This document shows positions 13,681 through 27,616 of a stretch of DNA of 64,000 bases, one piece after another. The DNA is taken from positions 194,060,001-194,124,000 of the forward strand of contig OZ024740.1 of the NCBI GenBank assembly GCA_964016885.1. Reading direction: 5' to 3'. Source of the DNA: Eledone cirrhosa (taxonomy: Eukaryota). Under the pieces are notes generated by a model that saw only the letters and a program-made list of their open reading frames with translations, ran no database searches and was not told the origin of the DNA. A program made the translations under genes and the position numbers. Numbering within the stretch: position 1 is the first letter of the stretch; each line of letters begins with the position of its first letter.

Positions 13681-14899
13681 TGATGTCGAAAATCGCAATT
13701 GCGAATAATTGGATTCTATGTTACTTTGCGAATAGTTTTCAATATTGTTTTTATCTTATCAGCCAGCAACATTTATTTACGTTAAACAGTGGGTAACTAA
13801 TATGTTGTAGCTATTTTGATGGCCAAATTCAAACGTAGCATCCAATAAGACACTTTGACTAAAATATTTGTTATTGCAAATGAAATAACCTTGAAATTAT
13901 ACCTATGCTATTTGAAAAATTCAAACTGTTATCGCCAGGGTTACATGAATTAACACTAAACAATTCGTTGTTTGAGTTTATTGCTATCATTATACGAAAC
14001 TATCCTTATAGCACGCAAGTGAAATGTGGTGTTGTCTTCTAACGTTAACAGCAAAGGTTTCTGTCCGTGTCTCAAAAGCAATACCAAAAGGGAAAACAAA
14101 ATTAAATGAAAATGCTAATCCAATGAACAATACATTGACATGAATAATGTATACTAGACCATAATACCTTATTAAAAAAAAACATTATTATATACAGGAG
14201 ATAAATGAGTAATGCTGTAAGAAGGCAAACGCAAGGAAAAATATTACAGGAAATACACTGGTGAACGTATTGAGGTTGGTAGTTGGTAGCGAGAAAACAC
14301 TTAAATTGACAATATTATGGAGAATATACACTGAAATAAAAACGAAACATTTGGCTGCGCACACAAATTGCTCTGGTACAAACAAATAAAATATCACGGC
14401 ACTGTCTACGGTATACGTAAAAGATAAGCACCACAAAATAAAGACGCAACGCAAAAGGGACGACCCCACACGTATTAAGTCACCACCTCTAAATCAAATT
14501 GAAAATACTGCATAAATGACAGAGCAGGAAACAAACAAGTTATTGGAGCAAATCCTCAAACGCCCACAGAGAAGAAAAATGACCAAATTCATAAAAATAG
14601 TGAAAAGCATAGAAGACATATATGGGGACCATAAACACTTTTATCCAAAACATATGTACACCCCAGGTTCCATACGTAACAAAAATATGGAAAAGACTAC
14701 ATATCACTACCTTCCACTTTACAAACGAATAAACAGCGTTAGGTAAAACTAAATATTAATATAATCGAACCAATCTGGAAGAGAACAAAAGCTTTCAAAC
14801 CTAGAATGGCAGAAAATACATGAAAATAAGTTGTTTTTAAAAACGCTAAAGACAGAGGAATTATTTCAATGAGATAAAAAAAAAATCCCCCCACCGGCG

Positions 14900-15660
14900 C
14901 GTTGATAGAAGCATCAACATTATACTTATGGGCTATGTATCATTGGAAAATCTGAAGTCCTTAGAGGGAATATTAGAAAAATACAATCTAGACCAAACCA
15001 ATACAAAGGAGATATCCATCACTGTGTTACAAAACCGAAAAGGAACTCAAAATCACGGTGAAACGTTAAAGCAATTGGAAAGCATTTAAGAAGTCCCCAT
15101 CTTTTTAAGAAGAAAGGAAAATCAACTAGAGCTGAGATTATTATATTATACATAAAAGTCGGAATAAAAGAAATAAATCAGAACAGGGTATAAAATAATT
15201 CGGACCAGAGGAAACAGGCAACACACAGAAATGTAGGATCAACTTTGCAGAGAGTAATACAAAACTATCAGAGGAAGAAATTAGTTGATAAGTATATTAG
15301 CGATTCCAAATATAGGTTAGAGTTTCACCATAATAAATTGAAACTTAAGTAAATTTAATAGGTCAGACAGAAACAAGCAGGTAACTCCTTGCAGTGTTCC
15401 ACAATCACCATATTAAAGTTGATTTATTGAGATTATGCATACCCGACGGAAAAGAAATAGGGGATCTGGTTCAAATGTAAAATTAAAATAACAGTGGAGT
15501 TAGGAAACTTAAAAGAAAGAGGCAACTCAATGGAAGATGATATGTGCCAAAACAGAAACATTAGAGAAAAATTTATACACGAGAAAACGAGAAATTACGA
15601 AGCAGAAATAAGCTACACAGAAACAACAGATTTACATAAGTTCAAAACAGATGAGAATAA
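14900..15660 (+). pseudogene. Possible heavily decayed CR1/L2-like LINE remnant
   Basis: A-rich strand bias; weak RGDLVQM-like motif near 15455-15480. Confidence 0.25.
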
Positions 15661-15696
15661 ATACATATACATATATATATATATATATATTTATAT

Positions 15697-15871
<175 letters not shown>

Positions 15872-15936
15872 GGTATATATTGAGTTAGGAACTCAAAATA
15901 GAATATTTTTGAAACAGCGAGCGAGTTTGGAATTTT

Positions 15937-16108
15937 AAATGTAAGCTATCGCCGTATTTTGACTAAAGAAATTAAAGAAAATTATTTGCCTGATAGTGGG
16001 GTTAAGAACCCTCGGAGGAATGGAAAAAAATGAGTATTGACGTACATGTTTGTCAACACTCATCTTTTTCCATTTCTCCGAGTCAAAATACGGCGATAGC
16101 TTACATTT
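15937..16108. repeat. Fold-back inverted repeat between (TA)n tracts
   Basis: aaatgtaagctatcgccgtattttgact / agtcaaaatacggcgatagcttacattt, plus an inner hairpin 16011-16082. Confidence 0.8.
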
Positions 16109-16109
16109 A

Positions 16110-16172
<63 letters not shown>

Positions 16173-16405
16173 TTATTTATTTATTTATATATACTACTAA
16201 AACTATCTGATTGTGTGCTTTTTCTGTAATTTAATAAAGCCAAGATGGCGATGATGGGAAAATACTTTGAAAGAAAGTTGCCAGTGAAATGGGTATACAA
16301 AAATATATTGTATATCTATCTATCTCTCTATATATATAGAGAGAAGAAGTTTATGAAATGGAAATGCGGGTATACAGAATTTATTAGGTAACAATTGTTT
16401 CTATA

Positions 16406-18420
16406 GCGGAAGGAAAAACGAACTGCAACGAGACATTAAAACTCTACTCGACAACCTAAGGAATACCAAAGGAATTATCATAAAGGCAGACAAAACATCG
16501 AATCTATACACCCTGGATGTAGAAACATATAATAATTTTATACGTAAGGAATTACATAGGAAGTACAAAAAAACAAACGCAACTACACTAACCAACATTA
16601 ATAACGCAGCATGTGATATTGTTAAGAAACTGAAAATTGACGACAGAACGGTACCCCTATCTCCAGCTACACCGACTTTTAATCTGAAGGACCATAATGA
16701 TAACTTCGATACTAAGCCTAAAATTAGATTAATATGTCCTTTAAAGTCCGATATGGGTAGAATTAGTAAGTACATATTAGATCGTATTATCCCCCAAGTT
16801 AAGGCTAAGGTAGATATTAAATTATGGGGTAATACTCATCAGGCAATAAGATGGTTCAATAACATTAGGGACAAAAACAAATCTTCTTTTATTCAATTCG
16901 ATATAGATGAATACTATTCCTCTATTTCACCCGAAACCCTGCATAAGGCCCTCTCTTTCGCTAAGACTAACTCGGACCTCACAAACGAGGAAATTAATAT
17001 TATACTTGAAGCTAGACGCACAGTAGTGCACTTTGAAAATAGTTATTGGGTCCGCAGAGATAGACCCTCGGAATTCGACATTACGATGGGTTCTAATGAT
17101 TCGGCGGAGGTCACGGATCTGGTTGGGATCTATATAGCCCATAGACTCCAGAGCGAATTTTCGGACCTCCACGGCGGAATATACCGCGACGATACACTTC
17201 TATTAGTCAAGAATATGAACATACAAAACCTAGAAAGGCGACGTAAAAACATTAGGAAACTTTTCTTAGAACTAGGGCTTAATATTACCTTCGAACACAA
17301 TCTTAAGGTGGTCAACTTCTTGGATGTTACCTTCAACCTTAATAACGGTAATATAGAGCCATTTCACAAACTTAATGAAAATCTCAAGTACGTTAATGTA
17401 AAATCGAACCATCCCCATTCCATTATTAAATCTATCCCTAAAAATATATCCATAAGGATCTCCCGACTGTCGTCTAATTTGCAGACCTTCAACGAGCATG
17501 CTGAATATTATAATGACGCACTTAGAAAAGCTGGTTACTGCGAGAAGATAGAATAGCTAGACAATAACCACATAAGTACTATGAATAAAGCACATCTAAG
17601 TCGAACTAGTATTGCACCACACACACACATCAATAGGCATACTAATAGGTGCAAACCAGCAAATAGAGTCAGACGTAGAGAGTACATATGGTATAACCCC
17701 GTGTACAATTCTTCTATTAGCACTAAGATAATCTCACAATTCTATACACTTATCAACAAACACTTTACAACTTCACATAAATACTATAAAATCTTTAACT
17801 CGCGCACCATTAGGCTCTCATACTCCACTGCACCTAACATAGAACAACTAATTAAAAAACTCAACTCAGCAATACTAAATAAGTACATCCCTAATGACTC
17901 AGCGCACCAGCATAGCAACATACAACGCACTAACACGCAACTACAACCCCACCAAACTATCCAGGATTCTACTGCAAAACATAAAAATAATTGTAACTGC
18001 ACCAAACCAGGTACGTGCCCACTGAATAACCAGTGCCTAGCACGCAATATTGTCTACCGATGTACAATAAATTCCGGAACCAACAAATGGTATTACGTCG
18101 GATGTACCGCAACTTCTTTCAAGGCTCGCCTATACCAACATCGATCTTCGATCAGGCACGAGAAAATGCGCTCCGTAACAACCCTCGCCGATAAAGCCTG
18201 GCAGCTCCGGAGGAACAATCAAGCATTCTCCCTTGATTGGCAAATTATTGCGTGTGCGCCTGCATATTAGCAAAATCATCGATTCTGCAAGTTATGCAAT
18301 TTGGAGATATACTGCATTTTAACGTCGGTAAACAAACTTTTGAACAGCAAAATTGAACGTTCTCTATACTGTAACCATCGTTTGAAAACGACTTTTTCTT
18401 TTTTTAAATGCATATAATGT
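16406..18420 (+). pseudogene. PLE reverse transcriptase + GIY-YIG endonuclease with in-frame stops
   Basis: KADKTSNLY, FIQFDIDEYYSSI, FDITMGSNDSAEV, GGIYRDD, WYNP, CNC..CPL..C..NIVYRC..YVGCT..FKAR, C-terminal CKLC..E. Confidence 0.9.
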
Positions 18421-18827
18421 TACCTTTTTACACCACCGTTTGCAAATTTCTGTTTTATATGTTTATACACAAGATATGGCTTTCTATAATAATAGTACTA
18501 AACACTGTTTTCTGGACCCCTTTAGAAATAACCTGCTACTATAATAGCCCCAATAACTTGTCTGTAACTCTGTACCACTTTGACCCCTTTAACTAAATTT
18601 TGTCCGAACAACACCACTAGAAGAATTTACTTCCCCCGCCAACCCTAACACGCCTCATTAAGCTAACTGCTACCAAAACATTCTCTCCTTACAATCTCTA
18701 CTAGTCTGACAGTCTTAAATCCTAGGACTCCCTCCACCTTACTCACTTCCCTCTTCCCCTTCTCTTCCTACCTCCTTCTTTCTCTTTTATCTAGTGTATA
18801 AAATATTTTCATATCATTCCAATACAA

Positions 18828-18944
18828 AGGTCTGACGACATGGTGTGTTTGTTTACAGTGTACCTTCGGTTTATGATACTATTTTTATATTATTCAAATA
18901 GCGAGGTATAGGTAACCCATACACTATAGAAACAATTGTTACCT
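18828..18944 (+). ncRNA. Type I hammerhead ribozyme with ~90 nt stem II
   Basis: aggt-CTGACGA-(atggtgtgt..atacactat)-GAAA-caattg-TT-acct; palindromic stem III. Confidence 0.7.
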
Positions 18945-19098
18945 AATAGATTCTGTATACCCGCATTTCCATTTCATAAACTTCTTCTCCATATTTTCTC
19001 CGGATTTTAAAACACACTTTATTATACGTTGAGCAATCTCTGACGTCGGTTGACTCCATCCAATGCAACTACTTAGTAACATTGGAATACAAATTTAC

Positions 19099-19138
<40 letters not shown>

Positions 19139-19244
19139 AACACACATATATATATGGGCCTTCCGATTTCATTTTACATTATATATGTCTGTGTATATTT
19201 TCATTATTTAAAAATGTTTAAGTGAACATGATTTTAAAAAAGCA

Positions 19245-19513
19245 CTATAAAGTTAACGGGACCCAGCGGGTTGTCGAGGAGACTGAGGTTAGCTGGACAT
19301 GCTCACCGATATCCAGAGTTGACACTGCACTCAGTGCTCCTGTGGGAGCGCCTCCATGGACAAACTGGAAAAGGAAGACCGAGGGTAACATATGTTGATG
19401 TCCTAAGGACAGACACTGGTCTCTTAGAGACGCAGGACATGGCAGCAATAATGAAAAACAGAGACTGGTGGAGAGAACTCGTCCATGGATATCTGGAATT
19501 TTACCTGCCCTAG
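19245..19513 (+). pseudogene. 3' fragment of RTE/RTE-X-like LINE
   Basis: RRLRLAGH..VLLW..GKGRPRVTYVDVL..MKNRDWW. Confidence 0.75.
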
Positions 19514-19517
19514 ACAT

Positions 19518-19558
<41 letters not shown>

Positions 19559-19721
19559 GTAGAAATATACACGGCAAATTGTATGTCTAAAATTACGAGG
19601 GCTGACGTACCACATTGGTTTGATGAATTTAACCTGAAGCAAACGGAAGATATGTATATACAGACCGTCTCAATAGCTATTTCATGTATTACGGCTATTG
19701 TTTTTAACATATCCACTCACA

Positions 19722-20614
19722 GCATCGTTACCCTTTTCTTCAACACATACAAAGGAACGATGAACTAGTTTCTAGCTTATTAGCTGTCATCAACAACGTA
19801 TACCAGCACCGTATACCTTCCTATCAGTCGATTGACCGTTTGAAAGTATATACTTTCCTTATGCATATTAAGGGCTGAGCAGCCTAATTTGCATATCGAG
19901 AGAGTTAGTCGGCCGAGTGTACCGAAAACGATAAATGGAAAAAATGAAATTTAATTTCTCACTCTTAGTACGGCTGATACTTTGTCAGTGTTGAACAAAA
20001 GGGAAACGATGGTTGCCGAACACTGTACGGCTAATAATTCGGGCTGTTTGTTTACAAACAAACTGAGCATTATAATAAATGTTCCGTAAACCCATACCTG
20101 CATATATATATATATGTGTGTGTGCATGTGTGTATGTATATACATACTACTGTACGTCTGTATACATATATTTATATGTACGTATACATACTTATATTTA
20201 AGTGTCAGCCGTACTAAGAGTGAGAAATGAAATTTCGTTTTTTCCGTTCATCGTTTTCGGTACACTCGGCCTACTAACTCACTCGATATGCAAATTAGGC
20301 TGCTCAGCGGTTGATATGTATGAGGAAAGTATATACTTTCAAACGTTCAATCGACTGACAGGAAGGTGTACAGTGCAGATGACGGCTAATAAGCTAGAAA
20401 CTATTTCATCGTTCCTTTGCCAGTGTTGAACAAAATGGCAACGATGGTTGCCGAACACTGTACGGCTTAATTCAGGCTGTTTGTTTTACAAACAAACCGA
20501 GCATTATAATAAATGTTCGGTAAACCCATACCTGCTTATATATATATGTGCATGTGTGTATGTATATACATACTACTGTACGTCTGTATACATATATCTA
20601 TGTACGTATACATA

Positions 20615-20620
<6 letters not shown>
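19722..20620 (+). mobile_element. Diverged copy of HHR repeat family A (about 1.5 units plus a 5'-inverted segment 19722-19982)
   Basis: Matches the 44-49 kb array unit; degenerate HHRs at ~19757-19800 (-) and ~20370-20412 (+). Confidence 0.85.
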
Positions 20621-20705
<85 letters not shown>

Positions 20706-20709
20706 TTAT

Positions 20710-20823
20710 TTATTAAAATAACAGATTAAAGTTTAAGCAAAGAATCGGTGCTTTCACCCTTAACGGGATCTTCTGAAACTTATCGAGCCCTCTTTGGATT
20801 CTAGTCTTCAAATTTATTAGTAT

Positions 20824-20828
<5 letters not shown>
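20710..20828 (-). ncRNA. Naiad terminal-repeat fold-back fragment containing the CAGAAGA-core HHR (20730-20780)
   Basis: Reverse complement: agttt-CAGAAGA-tcccgttaagggt-GAAA-gcaccgattctttgc-TT-aaact. Confidence 0.7.
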
Positions 20829-20895
<67 letters not shown>

Positions 20896-20952
20896 GATAT
20901 ATATATAATATATATATATATCTATATATATATATCTCTATATATAAATATA

Positions 20953-20992
<40 letters not shown>

Positions 20993-21211
20993 CAAGCATA
21001 TATATAAAGATATGTAGAGAAAACCCATACAGTGACCAATACGTCGCAACGTTCGACAGAAAGAAAGTCATCACAAACAACGGCGAAAATAGAATTTGGT
21101 ATGTTCTTTCGTTTTTATGCAAGTCTTTCTCTCCCGAGAGGCCATTTTTAGTTCGAAGTAAGTACAGCTGACAAATAGAATTATGATTCTCTCTCTCTCT
21201 CTTGCTTTCTC

Positions 21212-21285
<74 letters not shown>

Positions 21286-21950
21286 TCATCTATCTGTCTA
21301 TCATCCTCTCTATCTATATATCTATCTATCGATCGATCGATCTACCTCTACCTTTAAACTAAATATCACAAAAGACTGATAACAGTTATTGGATAAATGG
21401 TTGTCGTTGCTTATCCCCAGGGCAACAATGATCAATTTAACGGATAACCACTGTAGCTTTTTCCATCACTAATGTCATAGTATATCTAAGAGTACATTTT
21501 TGAATGATGTTTCTCTTTATTGAAGATGTTATATAGTTTGACATCAAGGATAGTTGACTGTTATTTCTGAGAGGGCACGTGCCAGTTTATATGTTCTTGA
21601 GAAGGCGATTTGTTTGAAAGTTTCATATAGAGTGTTCACTGACCAGTTGTAGTATTGTCTCTCTGTGTTTGCATATGAGTATCTAATTGCACGTATGATA
21701 CGTTCATATGTGTGTATTTGTCGTGAATGTTTCTGCGTGTGTGTATGTGGGAGTAGATATGTAACTAGCGATATTTGAAAGGAGATTAGTGAAATTGGAA
21801 AGGAAAAATGTTGAGAAAAACAAATGGGAGAGGAAGAGAGTGCATTTAGGGAGAAGGAGCTGCAGATAAACATTCGATCTGCAGGTAAAATTATTAAAAA
21901 CATTTATGAAAAAAAAAAAAGTATGAATTAGAGTCAATTTTAAAAGACTG

Positions 21951-22055
21951 GAAGAAGAAGAAGAAGAAGAAGAAGAAGAAGAAGAAGAAGAAGAAGAAGA
22001 AGAAGAAGAAGAAGAAGAAGAAGAAGAAGAAGAAGAAGAAGAAGAAGAAGAAGAA
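21951..22055 (+). repeat. (GAA)~35 microsatellite
   Basis: Pure GAA run; (TCTA)n also at ~21213-21285. Confidence 0.98.
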
Positions 22056-24389
22056 GGTATGAGGCATGTGCAGGTGGTATAGGATTTGGATATTGAATTA
22101 CCCCAGTCATGCAATCTAATGAAGGAACTTTCACAACTCTAACACAAACATGGTATCTCGAATTATACCGCATTTGTAAGATTTTATTACATTTTGTTTG
22201 CTGCAGCTGTATGAAAGTTAAATTGGCGATTTCGCTGCGCATTTGAACATGATGAAAACATGAACTTTGTTTATATATGTTCTAATCTTTTTTAACATGG
22301 TTGTGTTCAGTGTTGTTGTTATTTTTAGTATTACTGTTATTCGATTACTCATTCAGTAATAAATATTTCTTGTCCATTCTAATACACCTTACAACGGTGC
22401 CTATGGTAACGATGAAAAATTACTGAATGGTTAAAGTTCAGTCAGATGAAAGTATTAAATCATTTCCACTTCGTACTATAAATGGTGGATAGCATTTAAG
22501 AAGAGAGTCTGGCAGACTCGTGACAATTATTGCAGCACATGTTTGATCCCTAATATCCTACTTAAATCATAGTTGGTGCCCATGTAGTTACTTGAACTCA
22601 TTTCTGCTTCAGTCACTGTGTATCCAAAGCATCGCGACAGGGACCGCCCATACACGATGTTCACAGACGTCTTAGGTAGATCTTATGAGCTAGACACCAT
22701 TCAAAAGATAGATACTATATACACGAGGACCAAATATGTCTCTGAGTCATGAAAGTAGAAAATAATTCAAGTTAAATTTGAGCTTCAATTTCACTACTTT
22801 TCTTTTTATATTTGTATTTAAAGAGTTTTCTCTTTCTAGTATTTGTAGACTCAGAAGCTTTCAAAAGATGTGATTAAAAACAAATATTTACTCAATATTA
22901 TTTTCAAATCATCCAGCATTATCAAATTCAGTTGAATATATTTAGTTACGTTCTCATATTCTCCATGCAGGAAATCCATGGTGAAATTTGTATCTTTCTG
23001 TTTTTCTATTTAGGTTAATGGCAAATGGACGAGGAGAAGAGAATTATATCGCAAGAATATTTGATTACCTCTTACACTACACATATAACTGCAAATTTAC
23101 TTCCGGTTTCCTTCGTAAGAAATAATATATATGATACTGTTATGGTTCTTCATCATATTCGTATATGTGTTCATATATTATGATTTATATATCCTTAGCT
23201 ATGAATCGAATTCGAAAACCTAATCTTAAAATCAAAAGAAAAGTGGAAACATTATAAAATGTAGAATTTCCATGTGTCATGCTAATTATATATTATTAAG
23301 CTTTTCCCTGGTCAGTTTGACACTAATTGTGAAAATCCTGAACGTGTAATTGTAATGTAGTGACAGAACTGATAGAACTAGTAGTTTGAAATAATTAAAT
23401 ATTTCCTTTTAAACTTTATATGTCTCGCAAATTCTTAGGTTAAATTATATTATATAAGTTGTTGTTGAACTCCAATTTCGTCCTGGTTGATTAGACTAAT
23501 AACCAAACACATTCAACTCATGACTATCATGTATAGGACACATTACCCAAGATTTCCTTCCTTTATTGCTGGTAAGCTACAATTTCTATTGCTAACTGCT
23601 ATTTTTAGTAGCTTGATTGATTACGTAGACGCTTCGTCATTGGCTAGCATGTACAATCGTTGATGGATCCTTTATTAAATAAATGTTATCAACGAAATAT
23701 TCTTGTTGAGAGATGTTTTTTATAGTACCGCTGGAACTAAAATACTAAACAAAACATATTCCAAGGCGATATGATGGATTAATATCATTATTTCAGACAA
23801 TTGACGTTATCAGAATATTGTGGTTATCATCAAGGTTATCACGTTACATAAATCAAATAGACCAATAAATTCTATTGATTTTATTTGACATGACAAAAAT
23901 GACCGTTCATACGAGAAATGGAAATAGTGACGTCTACATTTCTCTGAGATTAGCTACGCTGACGAATAGAATTGCAAAGAACTAGGAATGAAATATTGAC
24001 TCAGAGTTGATTCACTGGAGTACATTAACGTGGAATATCTTCTTGAAAATCTTTTGAAACTAAAGTGTACTACTAATGTGTTCCAGCTATGGGTGGAAAT
24101 ATGTGTTTCAGATATAAAATATTTATAACTACACCGTGATGTCGAATGTTTTCAGTCTTTATGCTGCTGTTGTTTAGATTCATGCCAACCATAATCAATC
24201 AAACCTATAATCAAAGGCTTAGTGACCATCCCATTTTCTGCCAAAATAAATCATGAAATACATTATCAAATTCAGCACTTTTCGTTTTATTTGAGAATAG
24301 TTTGGATTATATTTCTAGCCAGGTCTTCTTCTTCTTCTTCTTCTTCTTGTGATGAATGTTCCAGTTGTTTAAACAACGTAACAGCCTGC

Positions 24390-24645
24390 TCATGAAGTTA
24401 AAATGCAAGTGACTGAACATATTAAAGTGAGATATTAAAGTAAATTTCCTGGTGATTCATCTTAGCAGAGAGTATGACAACGCTGGCCTATTGAAGTTAC
24501 AGATAATACTCAGTTTTGCTTGCCGAATTGACTGCAGTATGTTGATATAAAGTGTCTTCTTCAAGCATGGCGCGGTGCTATGAATTGTAGTCATGATCTT
24601 ACGATCGTGACACCAACACCCTGACAACTAAGCCACGTGCATCCA
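24390..24645 (-). mobile_element. Diverged tRNA-headed SINE
   Basis: Minus strand has A-box-like cgtggcttagttg followed by a ..gaagacactttat segment shared with the SINEs at 43.6 and 49.0 kb. Confidence 0.6.
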
Positions 24646-26369
24646 TCTTAATTTCGTATAAATACATTGAAGTCCTTGCTAAATAGTAATGTATGTAAAA
24701 TATATTATAATAAACAAATCTTTAAAACATTGTATACGTATGTTAATTCTGCGTAGAGCGGAAGGCTTTAACATAGATCAAGACTTTGGACCAATGTCTA
24801 TTCGAAAACTATATAGCTCCCATACCGAACTTATAGATGTTACCCAACCATCCTGTTTGTGCTCTACCTCTGGGTATCCTGCCGGTTGGATTTGCCCGTA
24901 ATATTTGTCTAATGTTTCTTTCACTAGGATTATAAATTACAATGTTCAGTATGTAGGGCTATTAATTTTAATATAAAATATTGAAATGTATATTATATTA
25001 CCTATTTCCCCGAATTATAACATCAGAATATGTTCTACATATATATATGAGATTCAAGTTAACACCCCCGTTTTGTCTCTTCCCACCGTCAATGCGGAAG
25101 GGTGGGGTCCATGGACAGTTACTTTAATGTATATACTATGTTGTGTGTCCATGATTATCATCGGGAAAAAAGTGACTTCCGAATTCCCAAATATTCATGC
25201 TACTATTACTTCGAAGCTAGCAGTTTTTGAAATCAGAAACTTGTCTTTCATAATGAAGTCTATTCACGATATATGCTGTTGTTTTTTTTTAGCTCTACAT
25301 ATATTTACATGAAGTTGTAGTGGATAAAAGTTCATGCTTATTATTTTAGTCATTAAACAAAACACATTTTCAAAATATATGTTCAATGTCAATCTAAAGT
25401 CTCACCCAATTTTTTAATCTATAGTATGCTTCGGAATAATGCTAGAATTTCAATTTTCGAATTCATTTTCTGTTAATTAAAGTATGTTCAAGCGGAGGAA
25501 ATTATTGTGAAAATTATATTTGCACAAGAGCATTAAATCTTAATTGAAACTATACTTTTAAATTACTGTATCATGAACTTATTTAAATTCAAATAGTTTA
25601 TATATACGATTTCATCATATCCTACTTTCTTTTAATTTAAAGCATACATATTTCTACGTAACTTTAGCTCTTGCAAGTTGCAAAGCTCAAGTAATTGAAT
25701 TTTATCTTGATTTATAACTGGTCCATGGAGACTAGAAACACAACAGAATATCATCCACATTTAATTTCAAGTATCGCCTTGGACAATAATATCGACATTT
25801 CCTTTTTAAGATGGAACTGTTATTTCCAGTAGATAGACGTATGACGTACACACAATCTCGCTGTCCTATTTTCTATTCGCCGTTTCCATTAAACCATTCT
25901 AGAATGGTGTATAATACATATTTGACTTATTCATATATCTATTGAGAAAATCTTTAAATATTTTTAAAATTAATTTGGCTTTTTAGATTATTCTCGGTGC
26001 CAAATATCGAATTGCTGATTATCAATGTAGTCACAGAATATGTTTGCAATTTCAAATTCAATACTAATAAGCATCGTTTATCTCCAGTTTAACTAGAATC
26101 ATACTTATGCAGAGGGCTTGAAGATGTGCATCTGTGTGCTGAGCTTAAGAGACTAAAACTGTAAAATACAACTTCAAAAATAAGTCAAATGCCACACCTC
26201 CAATTGTTTCGCTGTTATATATTTATATATTTATATTGGGGGAGGGGGGTATTTGTAGCAATATCCGTATGTGAGAAAAAAAGTAAAACAAAACTGCTCG
26301 ATCGGGAAGAGAGCTGAAATATATTATTTCTGTAGGTTTATACATATATATATACACACACACACACAA

Positions 26370-26402
<33 letters not shown>

Positions 26403-26406
<4 letters not shown>

Positions 26407-26686
26407 GATTAAAATACTGGAGCGTGTTGGAGTTAAACACCCTCTTCGTATTATAGAAATGACAGTAAAAGGTATAGCTCAATGTAATTAAACAGAGCCG
26501 AAGAATTATGAAAATAAAACAAAGAAGCATTCAATACATCAAAAGTCTTTATTAGCCAACAATGTTTCGTCCTATTAAGGACTCATCAGGGCAATCAAAC
26601 AATCATGAGTCCTTAATAGGACGAAACATTGTTGGCTAATAAAGACTTTTGATGATTTGAAGGCTTCTTTGTTTTATTTTCATAAT
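26403..26686 (-). repeat. Fold-back PLE terminal-repeat fragment
   Basis: Arms 26505-26587 and 26607-26686 are near-perfect reverse complements; (TA)n on both sides. Confidence 0.85.
26555..26592 (-). ncRNA. Canonical minimal type I hammerhead ribozyme
   Basis: gcc-CTGATGA-gtccttaataggac-GAAA-cattg-TT-ggc. Confidence 0.85.
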
Positions 26687-26805
26687 ATATATATATATAT
26701 ATTATCTTTGTAACTGCCACAAACTATTGGAATCAAAACTGTTATTCACAACTGCTGTGATTCTTCCTCTCTCCCTCTATATCCTTCTAACTATTATCCC
26801 CCCCC

Positions 26806-26864
<59 letters not shown>

Positions 26865-27616
26865 CTCTCTCACTCTTTCTTCTTACGACTGCCCTATCTA
26901 CCAACTTCCCATCAAGTCACTTTCTCATTTTTTTGTAATTTGACAACTGACATGATCAGTCCACCCTACTACGTCTCTCCTCGTCCTTTATTATTGATGG
27001 TATCAGTTTTAGGAAATGAATTTTGTAAGAGGGAAAGCCAAATTAAGTAGTTCATCGGTAGTAGATTATTAATTATAGGTTAACTAAATTAAAAAAAAAA
27101 AAAAAATGTTTATATATTAATTTCTATAGTATATGTTAATTAGGTTTATAATATTTAAATCAGAATTTTGTATTTTATCTATAGTAGAATGTTAATTATA
27201 GGTTAACTAAATTCAAATTAATCTATATATTAATTTCTAAAGTGTATATTAATTAGGTATATATTTAAAAGTTTTTCTCAGTTTTTCTCTTGTTAATAAC
27301 ATAGTATATAAATGTAAAGTTAAAACTAAGGATTCTATTTGCTCATATATAGGAGCTACTTCTAACAATTTTAAGGTAAGATTTAATACCCACAAACATA
27401 GTTTTAAAAATGCCGCACTGGCTAATACAACATCTCTAGCAGAAAAAATTAATAGTTATAGAAAGAGGAATATAGAATATGATATGACCTGGAGTGTGCT
27501 CAAAAGAGCCACCCCTTATCAAAATAATAGAAATGAATGTAGATTGTGTTCCCAAGAACTATTTGAAATAATGAAATCTAAGGATATCCTATTAAATAAG
27601 CGACAGGAATTAATAA

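Larger units (their letters stand above)
16340..19103 (+). mobile_element. Naiad-type Penelope-like element, 5'-truncated, with inverted terminal-repeat piece at its 5' end
   Basis: 16340-16406 is the reverse complement of 18924-18989; RT + GIY-YIG ORF; HHR in the 3' repeat; flanked by (TA)n. Confidence 0.9.

Noticed and set aside
21704-22242. Poly-Ser / poly-Leu ORFs
   Set aside because: Translation of the (GAA)n microsatellite
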